Below, piece by piece: positions 1-12,368 of a stretch of 64,000 bases of DNA. The stretch's first letter is position 1; each line of letters starts with the position of its first letter. A program made the position numbers and the translations under genes. The notes under the pieces were generated by a model that saw nothing but the letters and a program-made list of their open reading frames with translations, did not search any database and was not told the DNA's origin. Source of the DNA: Mantamonas sphyraenae STR306 (lineage: Eukaryota; Protista; CRuMs); assembly GCA_026936335.1 (NCBI GenBank), contig JAPMXV010000045.1:443214-507213 (forward strand), in the 5' to 3' direction.

Positions 1-656
1 GATTTTACAGTCGGGTTCCTCTGCCTTGACCTCGTCGATCCAAGTCTGTGCGTCGGCAAAGGAAGAGGCGCTGGTGATGTCGAAGCACACCAGGGCGGCA
101 CCAGCAGAGCGGAAGTAGATGCGACTCATGGCTTTGTAGCGTTCGGATCCGGCCGTGTCCTGCAGGTGGGAGGAGAATGAGAACGTGATCGGAGCACGGA
201 GGGCGTCAACAAAGGGCGGAGAGCGGATAGAGTGGGGAGCACGGTTTTGTCGGGCGGGAAATCGACGTACCCAAACGCCCAGGGTGACTGACGAGCCGGA
301 TGTGCGGACTTTCTTTGCACTGCGTGTGTGCGTGTGTGTGTGCAAGAGGTGGGAGGTGGGAGCGAGGGTGTATGAGGCGTAATTACGCGGTAATTGAGCG
401 CGTGGTGTAAGAGTTTGTGCAGGACGGAATGGCGGCGAGTTGTGGCTGGAACAGAAGAAAGAGCGACGGGGGAGAACACAGGACAACGGTAATAGTGATT
501 TGGGGCACACAATACGACGACGTACCCAAAGGCGGCGCCGACGGTGGGGTTGTTGCTCTCGTCGTAGCGTCCGTGCAAAAAGCGTTCACAAAGGCAAGTT
601 TTGCCAGAGTTGGCAGCACCCAGCATGACGACCTTGACGTCCACCTGACTGGACAT
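1..656 (-). CDS. RAB24: Rab24-like small GTPase (exons 656-526, 319-272, 159-<1; 3' end outside window)
   Basis: GT-AG splicing gives MSSQVDVKVVMLGAANSGKTCLCERFLHGRY..TVGAAFG|AKKVRTSGSSVTLGVW|DTAGSERYKAMSRIYFRSAGAALVCFD. P-loop and WDTAG present. WDTAGSERYxAMSRIY and the VDVKVVMLG start are typical of Rab24. Confidence 0.85.
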
Positions 657-731
657 GAGATCTCTGTACAACGGGGTGTGCGAGGTGTGGGCTGGTGTGG
701 TTTGTGCTGGGCGCGGCGGAGCAGGCAAAAG

Positions 732-2511
732 ATGTCGCTGGGCAACAGCGTGCAACGAGGTGGCAGCATGGTCAGCGTGCTGATAGGAGAGGGGGACATC
801 TGTGTGTTTGATTCGGAGAGTGTGGGAGAAAGAGAGGTGCAGCGGTTGGAGTACGAGGCGGACAACCGGCCGCAGGCACAAGGTTGGTCCGAAGACGGAC
901 GCGTGCTGGCCGTGGCATGCCGCTGGACGATACAGGTGCTGGCAAAGGGTGTAGAGGGCATTTTGAGCGAAGAGCATACTTGGCAAGTGAAGGAAGATGT
1001 CAAGGGGGTGGCCGTAGTCGGGGCAAACGAGGAGGAGACGTACTGTGTGTACGTAGCAGGAGCAAGTGGGGTCAAGGAGCACAGGGTGCAACTCGGCAAA
1101 GAAGTGACGACGACAAGTGTGCTGGACGGAGTCAGTGTGTGTTCACTGATGGTCGACCGGGACGGCGAAAGGTTGGTCATGGCGACTTTGGATGGTCACG
1201 TGGTGGTGTGTGCTTTGCAAGCGCACCAGCGCATGGCCTACTGCACAGTGGGCAAGGACAGGGTTGTAGACATGTGCATGGTGTGCAGCGGCGTGCTCCT
1301 GGTGGCCACTTGGGATGGTCGTGTGCACGTGGTCCAGGTGGAAGGCCACGTGGACTCGATCCAGGCCGTCACGAGTGTGTGGGGGGACATTGAGGCGGGG
1401 GTGAAAGCAGATTACGAACGCAATGGCCCTCTCATGGCCCTTGTCGCACCAGGGGTGGTGATCTACACGAGGCCAAGCACAGGAGAGCTGATGTGCTTGG
1501 ATCTGCAAAGAGGTGATCAGGAGCTGCTGAACGAGGCCGTGTGCGTCGTGGGACAGTATGAGGGCGATGCAAAGGGGTTGATGGTGAAACGAGAATCTGA
1601 AGGGACGGGCTGGATGGTGCACACGGTGGACTTGGAGGGCAAATGGACGCAATTGGCGGTGGCTGAAGTGGTGGTGCAGCGGGAACAAAGGCAATTTGCG
1701 GTGCTGCACGCAGATATGGTGGAAGGCTGTATGGCGTGCGTCCATGGATGCCAAATACGGTCAAGACACCTGTTTGGAGGAGCTGGAGCCGGAACACAGC
1801 TGTTGTGCTTGTGGGAGTGGGAACAGTGGCAGGTGGTGGAGGTGCCGTTTGTAGACGTGGATCGGGAAGAGGAGACAAGAGTGTGGATCAGCAAGCATGG
1901 CGTGGTGGTGGCCATGTGCGGGGAGCCACAGGTGTTTGTGTTCAGCCGTGACACGGGCGAGTGGAACAGCGTGGAGCTGGATTGGGACAGGGAGGCAGTG
2001 CACGCGGTGTGGACGGGCAGAGATGAGGAGAGACCAGAAGGCACCTTGCTTCTACTTCAGGACAATGGGTGTGTGGTGAGAGTGTGTGCAGATACTGGCG
2101 AGGTGAGTGAGGCCGAAACGGTGGAAGGACAGACACAGATGGTGTGGGATGGCTCGCAGGCACGGGCCGTGGAAGAGTCGTCGTGTGTGCTGGGTGCTGT
2201 AGGCACTCGAGTGTGGAGGCAGGGGAAGGAGTGTGCCATGGCACCAGTGTGCCCTGGCAGAGGTGCTGGAGGGGACAGTGGAGGTGTGCGTGAACGCGGA
2301 GGATGTACAGGAGAACGAGAGAGTGGTATGCGAGTGCAGGCTAGGGTTCGGAGAGACCACCAGCGGCTGGGTGGAAGAGTTGGTGCGTGTGTGTGGGCGG
2401 GAGGTGCGTATGGATGCAGGGGCGCTTGTGCTTCCGGCTGCGTTGAGCCGGGCCGACCTGCTTCGACGCATGCACGAGGCATTGGGAGTTCCCAATGTAA
2501 GAGAGGAATGA
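732..2511 (+). CDS. Uncharacterised WD40/beta-propeller-like protein, apparent frameshift near 2203-2240
   Basis: Long ORF from ATG 732 with repeated beta-strand motifs (WSEDGRVLAVA, VDRDGERLVMATLDGHVVV, LLVATWDGRVHVV). Coding-like sequence switches to the 2233..2511 frame, which stops 38 nt from the COX17 stop. Confidence 0.55.
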
Positions 2512-2549
2512 TACAGCATGAAACGACAGAATCCATTGGTGCAGTGCCC

Positions 2550-2901
2550 CTAGACGTCAAAGCCGAGCGTTCGGAGGCACGCCTTGTGTGCTTCGATCTC
2601 CTTTGTACAGTTTTCCTCGCCATTGAGCACCACGCACTCGTCGCGGATCTTCTTGGTGTCGGGACAGGAGCAGCAGATCTTGGGCTTGCCGTCCTTGCCG
2701 AGCACGGCTGTGCGGAACGAAAAGCACGGGTGCAAGTGTGAGCGGAATATCCGCAGAAAGGCCCAGGGTGCGTCTGGGAGGGCCGCACAGGCATGCTCAC
2801 GTACCATTGGGGTTCTTGCTCCAGTCGATTTCCTGGCCAGGTGCGTTTGCGGCAGGTGTGGAAGGTGCCGGGGCTGCGGGGGTGGAGTCGGAGTTGCCCA
2901 T
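2550..2901 (-). CDS. COX17: Cytochrome c oxidase copper chaperone COX17 (exons 2901-2805, 2707-2550)
   Basis: Spliced product MGNSDSTPAAP..DWSKNPNAVLGKDGKPKICCSCPDTKKIRDECVVLNGEENCTKEIEAHKACLRTLGFDV has the CCxC copper site and twin CX9C motif. Intron GTACGT..CACAG is phase-consistent. Confidence 0.93.
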
Positions 2902-3129
2902 CGAGAGTGCTCAGCTGCTTGTGGGTTGGATTCGGTGGCGTCGATTGCGCATGGCCTCCAGGGCAGCAACGCATGCAGAAGGATGTGTGGAACAGCTGAA
3001 CAGCTGAACGTACGAGAGTGGAGACATGTGTCAGCTGCAGGTGGATGTGACAAGCATGTATGGCCCAGGGTCGCCCGGTTTTCATTCGCTGTTCCCGAAA
3101 CGAGCGTTGGCGGCCCGGTGGCCACTGCC

Positions 3130-3699
3130 TCAGTGTCCGGGCTCGTCCGAGTGGTTGTGTGTGTACCAAGACATGTACGTGGACCATACCACAGAGGTGA
3201 CGTTGCCTGCAAGGGGGCGGAAATGGAGTGGGACAAAGCGAAAGTTGAGGCCGTTGGCAACGCTCCAGAGCTTCCAGCAGTTGACGACTGCTGTGGGGTA
3301 CTTGATGACCAGCTGCTCCTGGATTTCCGATACAGAGGCACCCTCGAGGGCGTTTGTCCAGGCAATGATACTGAAGGTCATCAGAGGGCCGCTGACGGTT
3401 TGGTCGGCCAGGATCTTCTTCAGCACGGTCTGCAAGTTGCGGCCGGTGCCGATATGCTTTTCCAAGAAGGCAAACCAGAAGTGGCCCCAGGGGGTAAGGA
3501 AACCCGCACCCAGCACAGCCAAGTTCAGTGTGCGGCGCAGCTCAACTTGTTCCCACGTCTTGTCTTCGATGAGCATCTGCGCATTGAGGTCGCCCGAGCT
3601 CCACAGCACAAAGGCTGTGGCCGACTTTGTGCGCAGAGGCGCAGACAGGAGTGCTGCTTCATAGCGGTGAAAGATTCGGCCCGGCAGGCTCTGGCTCAT
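3130..3699 (-). CDS. Mpv17/PMP22 (Sym1-like) family membrane protein, paralog 1
   Basis: PLRTKSATAFVLWSSGDLNAQ, HFWFAFLE, KKILADQ, WSVANGLNFRFVPLHFR, VWSTYMSW match Mpv17/PMP22 family signatures. Confidence 0.9.
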   Translation of the reverse strand: MSQSLPGRIFHRYEAALLSAPLRTKSATAFVLWSSGDLNAQMLIEDKTWEQVELRRTLNLAVLGAGFLTPWGHFWFAFLEKHIGTGRNLQTVLKKILADQTVSGPLMTFSIIAWTNALEGASVSEIQEQLVIKYPTAVVNCWKLWSVANGLNFRFVPLHFRPLAGNVTSVVWSTYMSWYTHNHSDEPGH

Positions 3700-3796
3700 G
3701 CCCGGGGGGGGGAAGGGGGGAGGGGGGTGTGTGGCGGTTGGGATTGATCAACTGGATGCAATGGCGGCAAGGTGATGCGTTGCATTTTCGGGTGGC

Positions 3797-4387
3797 TCAA
3801 GTGTCCGGCACAACGTGTGCAGGGGCAATCGGCTGTGCGTTGAACCAGGACAGGTAGGTGTTCCAGACTACAGAAACGCAGTTGGCGAAGAGCGGGCGGA
3901 AGTGCAAGGGCACGAGGCCAAAGTTGAGCAGATTGGCAACCGGCCACAGCTTCCAGCAATTGACGAGTGCAGTGGGATACTTGTCCTCCAGCTTGGCACG
4001 GATGGCCTGCGGTGACTCAAAGTGGAAGACCGAGGTGAAGGTGAGGGTGGCGCCTACCATGACCGGGGCGGCAACCAGCTGGTCGGCCAGCAGCTTCTTG
4101 GCCACCACAGACACAGTACGAGCGGAACCAAAGCGGCTGTCGAGGAAGCCGAACCAGAAATGGCCGAAAGGAGCCCCGATGCAAAAGCCGACCGCGGCCA
4201 AACGTGCGGCTCGGTACCAATCCACCTGGCTGAATTGGGTGTCTTCGATGTTCACCTGTGCGTTTAGATCAGCCAGAGTCATGAGGACGGCAGCGGAACA
4301 CATCTTGGTGGGCAGCGGTTTGCTGTGCAGGAGCAGCTCGTACCGGTGCAGGATGCGTCCAGGCAGCGAAGTCGAGCCAAGTGACAT
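3797..4387 (-). CDS. Mpv17/PMP22 family membrane protein, paralog 2
   Basis: From ATG 4387 (MSLGSTSLPGRILHRYE): PLPTK..ADLNAQ, HFWFGFLD, KKLLADQ, WPVANLLNFGLVPLHFRPLF, VWNTYLSW. Aligns end to end with paralog 1. Confidence 0.9.
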   Translation of the reverse strand: MSLGSTSLPGRILHRYELLLHSKPLPTKMCSAAVLMTLADLNAQVNIEDTQFSQVDWYRAARLAAVGFCIGAPFGHFWFGFLDSRFGSARTVSVVAKKLLADQLVAAPVMVGATLTFTSVFHFESPQAIRAKLEDKYPTALVNCWKLWPVANLLNFGLVPLHFRPLFANCVSVVWNTYLSWFNAQPIAPAHVVPDT

Positions 4388-4550
4388 GGCAGTGCGAGCA
4401 CGGGTTGGGCAAAGAGTAGAGAGTGGGTTCGGTGGATGGGCTTTGAAGTCCCGAGGGAGAGGAGGGTTGGAAAGGGTGGGTGGGGCGGGATGGGGTGCCG
4501 CAGACAGGGCGCACTGCCCTGCACGCGAGGAGCCAAACGATCCTGAACAG

Positions 4551-4930
4551 ATGAGTCTTGCATGGGGCTCGGCCACAAGCCAGCAGACCCAAGCCAAGCA
4601 CCATCAGATTGTGAGTCGATATGAAGAGGCAAAGCGGCTGATGGAAGAGGACGACATGGAGCATGCGGCGTCGATCTTGCGCAAGCAGCTCGAGCAATTG
4701 GACAGCCTGCGACACACGGCAGGGGCTCTGGACGAGTCGACTGCTCTTGTGTCTCGCCGTCTCCGGTACTTGTGTCACAAGGCGTTGGGCGAGTGCTACA
4801 AGGAGGTGCGCAAGGAGAGGGAGGCCGTGGACCACTATTTGAAGGTGAGGAGCAAGCGGGTGATCAGGTGATCAGCACGACGACATCAAGGGGAGTGGCG
4901 AAGCAAGCACGGAGCGCGCTGACACACAAC

Positions 4931-4967
<37 letters not shown>

Positions 4968-7900
4968 GCGCATGCACATGCAGGCAAGCGAACTGGACGA
5001 GTCGGACGTGGCACTGTGGCTGGAGCTGGGCGAGGTTGCCCGCAGCGAAGAGGAGTGCAATCTGGATCTGGCCCGGTTTGCGTTTGAGAGCGGCCTGAGA
5101 GTGGCGCCGGACAACTGGCTGTGTCGCGAGGCACTGTGTCAGGTGTTGTACGAACTGGAAGACTGGCAAGCGTGTATGGAGCACACAGAGCGAGCCATTG
5201 CGCTGGACAAGTCGTTTGCGCTGGGCCACCTGATTGCCCAGAGGGTGCGGCAGGAGCAGGGCAACATGAGGCACAAGCGACGTGCAAGCGCAAGCCTGGA
5301 CCATTTGGCACAGCAGGACTCGTTTGATAGCATGTGGATCCCGTCTGCACACAAGCAGCGATTTGTGGAGCTGGAGGAAGCACGGGTGAAAGGCAAGCGG
5401 GCACGCCACAGCGATGCAGCGGCATCTGAACCGAGCAGGGGCAGTCACAGACGAATGGACAAGGAGAGGGAACTGTTGACCCTGCCAGAGGCCAGCGTGG
5501 ATTCGCTGTGCGTGGAACTGGCAAGGTATGTGCGCAGCAAACGGTCTCTGGACGCGGTGCTTTGCATCGAAGTGGCAGAGGCAGCTGCTCCGGAGCGAGT
5601 GGAAGAAGACGGTGTCGGGGAGAAGGAACAGGAAGAGGGTGTGGTGAGGGAGAACGAGGTGGGGGAGAGCGTGGCCATGGACGTGGAAGTCGGATCGGGG
5701 AACAATGCGAAACCCGAGGACAAGAGAGGCAAACAAGAGGCAGAGGACGGACGAGCGCGCAAATCACTGCGTCAAGTGGAACAGAAGGAGGAAGAGAAGC
5801 GCAGCGGGACGCAGCTGGAGTATGCTCAGGCAATGTTCGAACTTGTGTTTGGCGACCGGCAAGTGGACGAGGAAGAGCGGGCTCTGTATGAGGCGGAAGA
5901 CTCGGCGCCTAGGGAGCCTGTGGAGAGCGGAAACACAGAGACGCAGCGCGAGAGTCACGGGGGAGAGCTTGGGGTACTCGGGAGCAGCGGGGGTGCGAGA
6001 AAGGCATACAAGTACGGGAAGCACGGGAAAAGCGAGCAGAGCGGCAAGCAGGGCGTGGAGGAAGAGGAACAGCACGGAGACGTGACGATGGACGACGTGC
6101 TGCGCATGCAGAAGGATTTGCTGTTGCGCAAGAAGCAGGACGAGGCAACTCGCATGCGAACATTCCACAGGCAGCTGAACGAGTTTATGGAGGCACACGG
6201 CGTGTCAGTGAGTGCACAGGAGGCACAGGAAGAGCAGAGCATGGTGCAAGCGTTTGCAGACGGATGCCGGTCGCTTGAGAGCGCGGTGGAGGTGATGCGG
6301 GAAGCAATTCGACTTGCAAACCAGCTCGTGCACGTGGCCAAACTGACGTTGCATGGCAAACGTGCACTGGTCCATCTATGCGAATGTGTGGATGCATACA
6401 CTCAAGGCACAGAGGATGCACCATGGCAGAGCGAGCGAGACCTCGTGCAAGCGGAGCAACGCATGGATTTGGCGTGGCATGCAGCGAAGCGTCGTCACGC
6501 GGGCGAGAACGGTGTCGACAACGCCGATGGGGACGACGAGCATCAGCAAGCAGAAGCCGAGGACGAGGATGTGGCGTTTGTCCTGGTGCAACAGCTGCGA
6601 CAGGAAGGGCGGCAAGGGATGACAGAAGGGATGCGCAAACGAGCCGAGTTGTTGGAGCTGAAGGCATTGCTGCTGGTGGACGACGTCCACGGAGCAAAGG
6701 AACTTGCAAAAGCGTTGTGTGAGGACGGCCGCTTTGACGAGGCTGTGTGCGTGGCAGGAACGGCGCAGATGGGCAAGGTGGACACGGATGTGTTGCGTGC
6801 GCTGGCATCGTTTGCAGAGTCGATGAGCGAGCTGGAGGGTATGGTGGAGCTGATGAACAGTGGCCAATGGGTCAAGGCTGTGGCGCAGCTGGTTGAGTCG
6901 GTCGGGTTGGCGGACGAGGACCGTGCAAGGCGAATGCTGCGTACGCAGCATCAGATGGACAACATGGACAACCTGAACGCGTGTGCATGGCAAGTTGTGG
7001 TGGACGAGTACGGCACGGAGGACAGTGTGGTGGCTGTTGTGTCGGAGGATATGAACGTGGAGGCGAAGGAAACCAGTGCCGTGTTGGACGAGCTGTTGGG
7101 CGGCATCGTGCAGGTGGCCGTGCAAAGCAGCGTGCTGCTGCTAGAGCGCTACGTGGACGGCCTGGAGGAGGCAGATGCGCCGGAACCAGATTCTCCGGCC
7201 AGCAAGGCGACGGCGGCGTCCGTCATTTCCGCCTCCGATCCGCTCGCGTCGCTGATGGCCACTGCAAACCAGAGCCAAAGCGAAGGCGGGATGAAGTGGG
7301 TGAAGGAGGTTTTGCGCGTGCAGCAAGCGCTGCAGCGTGTGCAGATGGCGTACGAACGGTGCGGCAATGGCTACGATGCCGCGGCAATGTGGAGGCCCCT
7401 TTGTGGGGCAGGTGGGCTGCTGGTGCGTCTGCGTGCGCTCGTTGCACGTGCGCTGCAACGTGTGCGCAGCTGTGTGAGCCACTACGGCATGTGCTCAAAC
7501 TACAGCCGGCACGAGACAAAGATGCTGCAGACGGGATGGGTGCTACTGCTGCAGCTGAACTTTGCCGAATTCTGCCACAGCGTGGAGCCGTCGTCGTTCC
7601 GACCTGAGCACGCAGTGGCGCTGGCCAACCGAGTGGACTTTGTGCACTGGGAACTGGGCCGGCTGGGCATTTGCAAGCTGGACCACGGTGTGTGTTTGCG
7701 CGGGATGGCGGGCGTGCTGATGGCCATGCGTGACCAGTACGCAGAGATGCTTGTGCCGGGCAACGACGAGGCCGTGGACGAAATCGATATGGGCGACGTG
7801 GATCTGCCTGTGACTGATGCGCCGAAGAAACCCGAGCCGAGAGTGTCTCGGACGGCGGAAGAACAGCAAAGCAGGACGACAACGACGGCGCAGCACAAAC

Positions 7901-10900
7901 ACGAAAAGCCACGAGAGGCGACAAAGAAGCAGAAGGACGGCAACCTGCTGAGCATGTTTAGCGCCATGTCGCCGCCCAAGAAGCAGCAGCACGACAAGCC
8001 GGCGGAGAGCGTGATGGAGGTGGAGGGGACGGTGGAGACGAGCTCAAGCACAAGCACGAGTGTGGAAACACCAAGCAAACAAGTGGCCGGCGGGACGGAC
8101 GCGGTGGTGTCTGCACAGGAGGTTGCACGGCAGTCCCACGAGGAGCGGCAGGAGAAGCTGGAGCAGATGCGAGAGGAAGTGCTGGACGTGCTGCGACGTG
8201 TGTTTCACTGTCTGTTTGACCGTTTCATGGTGGAAGTGCGCGGCATGCGACTTGAGGAGGGGGCATCTGTTGGCCACGAGGCGTCGTATGCGGACGGCGA
8301 GCGCAAGCAGAGTCTGTCCACGATCACGCGGCTGCAGGCAGCACACTACTTTGACATTCTGTACAAGCACTATGCGTCGAACAGCAGACGCATAGGGAAA
8401 AAGGAGTACAAGAACACGTACCAGCATGTGTACGAGCACTTTGTACCGGAGCTGCGTGAAATCAGTCGCCGCATCGGCGACATGAACGACAAGGAACTTT
8501 CTGCTCAGGTGAAAGCAGTGGGCAAGCGAGATTTGTACTATTGGGCAGGGACGCACTATCTGAGCATGGATCCGTCGATGGGATCGCAGCTAAAGGCGCT
8601 GTACTGCTTCTGGATGGACGAGCGAGTGCACAGTGGCAAGGACAGCAGCGTGAGCAGCGCCAGCAGCAGCCGGGGCGCAGACGGCATCGGGGAGACACAA
8701 AATATGCTGGCACAGCTGTACAAACAGTTTGTCGAAGCTGCGCTGAATGCACAAGCGGCTGGTGAAGAATTTGACCGCGACCTGGCGTCGATGTTCAAGC
8801 TTGTGGAGAAGATGGAGCGGCGCGTGGAGAGTCTGTCTGGCGTGAGTGGCCAGAAACAACAGGACGGGCGTGAGGGCGCAGTGGAGCGGCTGGTGATGGA
8901 TGGGCAACGCGACTTTTGGGAGGAGCACCGGGCGAGCGTGCAGCAGCTCATCCAGTTGGCGGTGGACAAGTACGCATGTGCCGCGCAGAGTGCACGCACG
9001 GGAAGGACAGCTGCACAGGGTGTGCGAGACGGGAGCAAGCGCGTGTCGACGCTGCAGCAGTATGAGGACGACGTGTTGTTTTCGTTGTACGAGCTGTGCA
9101 TGGTGCGCGTGCGTCACCGTTTATACCTGCAAGAGGGCGCACAGACATTGGAGGCAATGGTGAGCGAACTGCCGCCACGGTTTGCGGAGTGGGTGCCTGC
9201 GAAGGAGGAGGACGAGGAGCGGCTGGTGCGCACAAAGGACATTCTGCTGCTGGACTACTTGGCCAAGTTGAATTACAGCAAGAAGGAGCTGGAGAAGAAG
9301 CAGCGCATCAACTGGAAGCTGTCATTTATCAACGCACGTCTGCACGAACGTCTGAGCAGGCACAATGCACATCCAGATGTGGCGCTGCACTGCTACGCGA
9401 GCGCCATCGACGTGACGGTGACCAAGGGCGGGAGGACAAGCAAGGGGAAACGCAACCTGGGTCAAGAGGCTCTGCTGGCACGCATGAACTGTGCACGGAG
9501 CCGGTTGCTGATGCGAATGTGGCGCCTGGAAGACGACGGGAGCAAAGCCGCCGTGGCAGAGGCCAAGCGGCTGGACCATGTGCTGCATGCATTCAACTAT
9601 GACGTGGAAAGCAACACGTTTGGTCACCCAGAGGGAGCGTATCGCTTTCGCAAGAAGCTGTTTGCACAAACTGGGTTGAGACTGCAAATGCCAGCCACCA
9701 AGACGCCCGTGGCGGCAGTGGCGGCAGTGGCGGCAGCACCGACGACAACAGCCGAGAGTGAGGACGACGACCACGCATTCCAAGACGATGTGGGGATGGA
9801 TGATGACACCAAGGGGCTGCGACGATCAAGTCGGTCAACAAGGGCCCAACGCCGGCCGTATCTTGACGGGGGCGGCGACGGCGAGGACGGAGACGAGGAA
9901 GGGGAAGAGGAGGAAGAGGAAGAGGGAGATGACTTGGGCCAGTTGGAGGTACAGTTTGTGGGCAAGGTGGTGGCAAAGAAAGAAGGAGCAGGAGGCGTGG
10001 CGCAGGAACAGGTGGAGGCCAAGTTGGAGGGCCCCGTGGCAGACAAGGACGTAGGGATGAACATTTTTGGGGCGCTGGCTGCAGTGGATAAGGACAACAA
10101 TATGCTGGGTGAAAGCCGAATGGCTCTGGCCAAGTTGCTTCTGCATGAGAGGGTGGGCAACGTGATGTTGGCTCGAAAGTATGCCGAGGGCTTGTTCAAC
10201 GCCAAGGGGGGAGCAGCAGCGAGCAGCCGCAACGTGTACACCTTTCTGATGACATGGAAGGACGCCAAGGTGGCCAGCGACAAGGCTGAACGGATGAAGG
10301 TGAAGTACGCAACGATGTACGCAGAGGCGATGCTTGCGTGCGACGCAGTGGACGTCAAGGAGGCGAACAGGCGCAACAAGGAGAGAGCGGGTCATCAAGG
10401 GTCGCTGGAGGAGCTGGAGCGGCTGGAGGCCCTTCCGTGTGACCGACACGAGGTTGTGCCAGCGCTGCAGGAGGTGATGGACGTGCTTGTGGCTGTGCAC
10501 AAGGCGGACCGCTCAACGCGAGCGGTGGAAGTGCTTGCACAGGCGTTGGTGGAGAGCATGGAGAAGGAGGTGGCACTTGTGGAGCGCGTTGGCAAGGCCA
10601 AGGTGAGCAGTGCGCGATGGGCACAGCTGGAATCGATGGGTGTGTCGCTGTGCGAGGCCGGCATGGCAGTGGAGCTGGAACGGAGTGGGATGCACGTGGA
10701 TGTGGCCAACACGGGTATGGCGTTGTCCATGTCATCGTCATCATCATCATCGTCGTCGTCGTCGTCGTCGTCGGCTGTTGGGGAGGGTGGCACGGGACGA
10801 GGCGAGCGATGGGCCGAGTTGCAGTTGCGGCTGCTGGACACTGTGCACAGTGTGGGGGCAAAGCGACGTGGCAAGGGACGAGGCGGTAGCAAGACAAAGG

Positions 10901-10989
10901 CAAACGAGAGCCAGGGAGGAGTGTCTGAAGAAGAAGAGGTCAGTGAGAGGGAGAAGATTTTGGCAGCGCAGACTCAATGGACCCTGTAA
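4551..10989 (+). CDS. CABIN1: CABIN1/Hir3-like TPR subunit of the HIRA histone chaperone complex (exons 4551-4844, 4984-10989; ~2,100 aa)
   Basis: N-terminal TPR block LRYLCHKALG..EAVDHYLK|ASELDESDVALWLELG..LARFAFESGLRVAPDNWLCREALCQVLYELED resembles the CABIN1 motif (A..LD..DV.LW..G..LAR.AFE.GL...P..W.C). Internal ..DFVHWELGRLGICKLDHG also fits. Phase-0 GT-AG intron. Confidence 0.78.
4933..4965 (+). repeat. (CA)n microsatellite near the 3' end of the CABIN1 intron
   Basis: Directly visible. Similar sense-strand CA tracts at 320-343, 14560-14586, 17381-17399 and 45644-45662. Confidence 0.9.
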
Positions 10990-11033
10990 TGTTGATGGCG
11001 CGGGCTGTGTATTCCTGTACGATGCTGAAGTGG

Positions 11034-12101
11034 TCACCCCTTGAACGCACTGCGACTTTGGCGCAAATAAGCCATCATTTCGATGTCGTCGTGGCAGCTG
11101 TGGGCTTGTTTGAGCTCATTCGGCCGGAGGAACGGATTGAGCCTTCGTTCGGTGGCCATGGTGGTGGGTTCAAAGGGCTGGGAATCATCGTGAGCCTGTT
11201 GGGCGAGGACAGCTTGCTCGGCAAGATCTTTGTTGGTGGGATCGATGGTGAGGGCCCATCGAGTGTTCTTGAGGGCGTACTCGTGGCCAGTGAACACAAT
11301 GGCGTCGTCGGGCACGGAAGCGAGGGTGTTCAGGAGAGCAGTGTGCATCTGGGGTGCTGTGCCCTCAAAAAAGCGACCACAGCCGTTGACAAACAGGGTG
11401 TCGCCAGTGAAGAGGAGGTGGATGTTGTTGGGCAGATCGTGAAGGTGGAAACAGGCGTCGGAGAGTGTGTGGCAGGGGACGTGGATGCAGGTGACAGACA
11501 TGTGCAGGGAGAGTTCCATGGTGACGTTGTGGGAGATGCAGAGGGTGGCAGCAGGCACCTTTTGCTCTTTGCAGTCGCTGGAGACGACTTCGACGGCTGC
11601 TCGGCCAAAGAGGCTTGCGTACTCGCGCTCGAAGCGCTCCTTGAGCTCGGCATTGCCTCCAGAGTGGTCCCAATGGTAATGGGTGCAGAGAATATGGGTC
11701 AGCTGAGGGATTCGTTCGAGTTGCATGTCCCGTTGAAAGGCAACAAGGGCCTGGAGAACCGCTTCGGGATCAGCAGGGTCCACGGCAAAGCAGACGGGGT
11801 TTCCGTCGGCTGTGTCTGTGTCAACTACGACGTAGCTATAGTTGTCTACGAGGACAGGCACGACAAGAACATGGAGGCTGTCGCCAAAGTGGTGGACTGT
11901 GCCTGCGTTGTGTGGCTTGTCTTTGCCAGCACGCCTGAAGCGCTTGACAAGCATGTGGCCCAAATCGGTCTTTGTAAAGAGATAGTATGCGAGGGCAAAG
12001 CCATAGTGCATCACGAGGCCTCGTCCTGCCTTTGTGCCCAGAAGGAGAGCGAGGAGGAGGACGCCGACGAGAAAGGTCTCGGAGAAGGGCAGCTCAGGCA
12101 T
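11034..12101 (-). CDS. Metallo-beta-lactamase-fold hydroxyacylglutathione hydrolase family protein, PNKD-like, with N-terminal hydrophobic segment
   Basis: VPVLVDNYSY, THYHWDHSGGN, PCHT, LFTGDTLFVNGCGRFFEG, GHEY, ERRLNPFLR. The hydrophobic N-terminus plus 'YYLFTKTDLGHML' resembles PNKD long isoforms more than cytosolic GLO2. Confidence 0.85.
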   Translation of the reverse strand: MPELPFSETFLVGVLLLALLLGTKAGRGLVMHYGFALAYYLFTKTDLGHMLVKRFRRAGKDKPHNAGTVHHFGDSLHVLVVPVLVDNYSYVVVDTDTADGNPVCFAVDPADPEAVLQALVAFQRDMQLERIPQLTHILCTHYHWDHSGGNAELKERFEREYASLFGRAAVEVVSSDCKEQKVPAATLCISHNVTMELSLHMSVTCIHVPCHTLSDACFHLHDLPNNIHLLFTGDTLFVNGCGRFFEGTAPQMHTALLNTLASVPDDAIVFTGHEYALKNTRWALTIDPTNKDLAEQAVLAQQAHDDSQPFEPTTMATERRLNPFLRPNELKQAHSCHDDIEMMAYLRQSRSAFKG

Positions 12102-12368
12102 GTTTGCGTTGGCGGAGAGAAGGGGAGGGGAGAGAAGGGGAAGGGGGAGGGGGGTTGAGGGGACGGGGGGTTGACGTCAAGAGATCAAGAGGAGGTGGGT
12201 TGGTCAGATTGCATGTCCGTCTGCGGCTGTTTGGCCACCAAAACACCAAGTGTGCGTAGGGGAGCGGTCGGCGACGGGATGGATGGCAGATGGGAGGGAG
12301 ATAGATGATGGATTGGACAACAACTTGGGAGGAGTGTGGCGTGGCTGACACGGCGTGAGGGGCTGCAG

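Noticed and set aside
417-731. N-terminal extension of the 774-aa ORF, and its tail 2240-2741
   Set aside because: These parts overlap Rab24 and COX17 antisense and are not coding-like.
2884-2901. MGNSDS myristoylation-like start on COX17
   Set aside because: Similar MG-starting low-complexity N-termini occur in other COX17 proteins; there is no further support for a special function.
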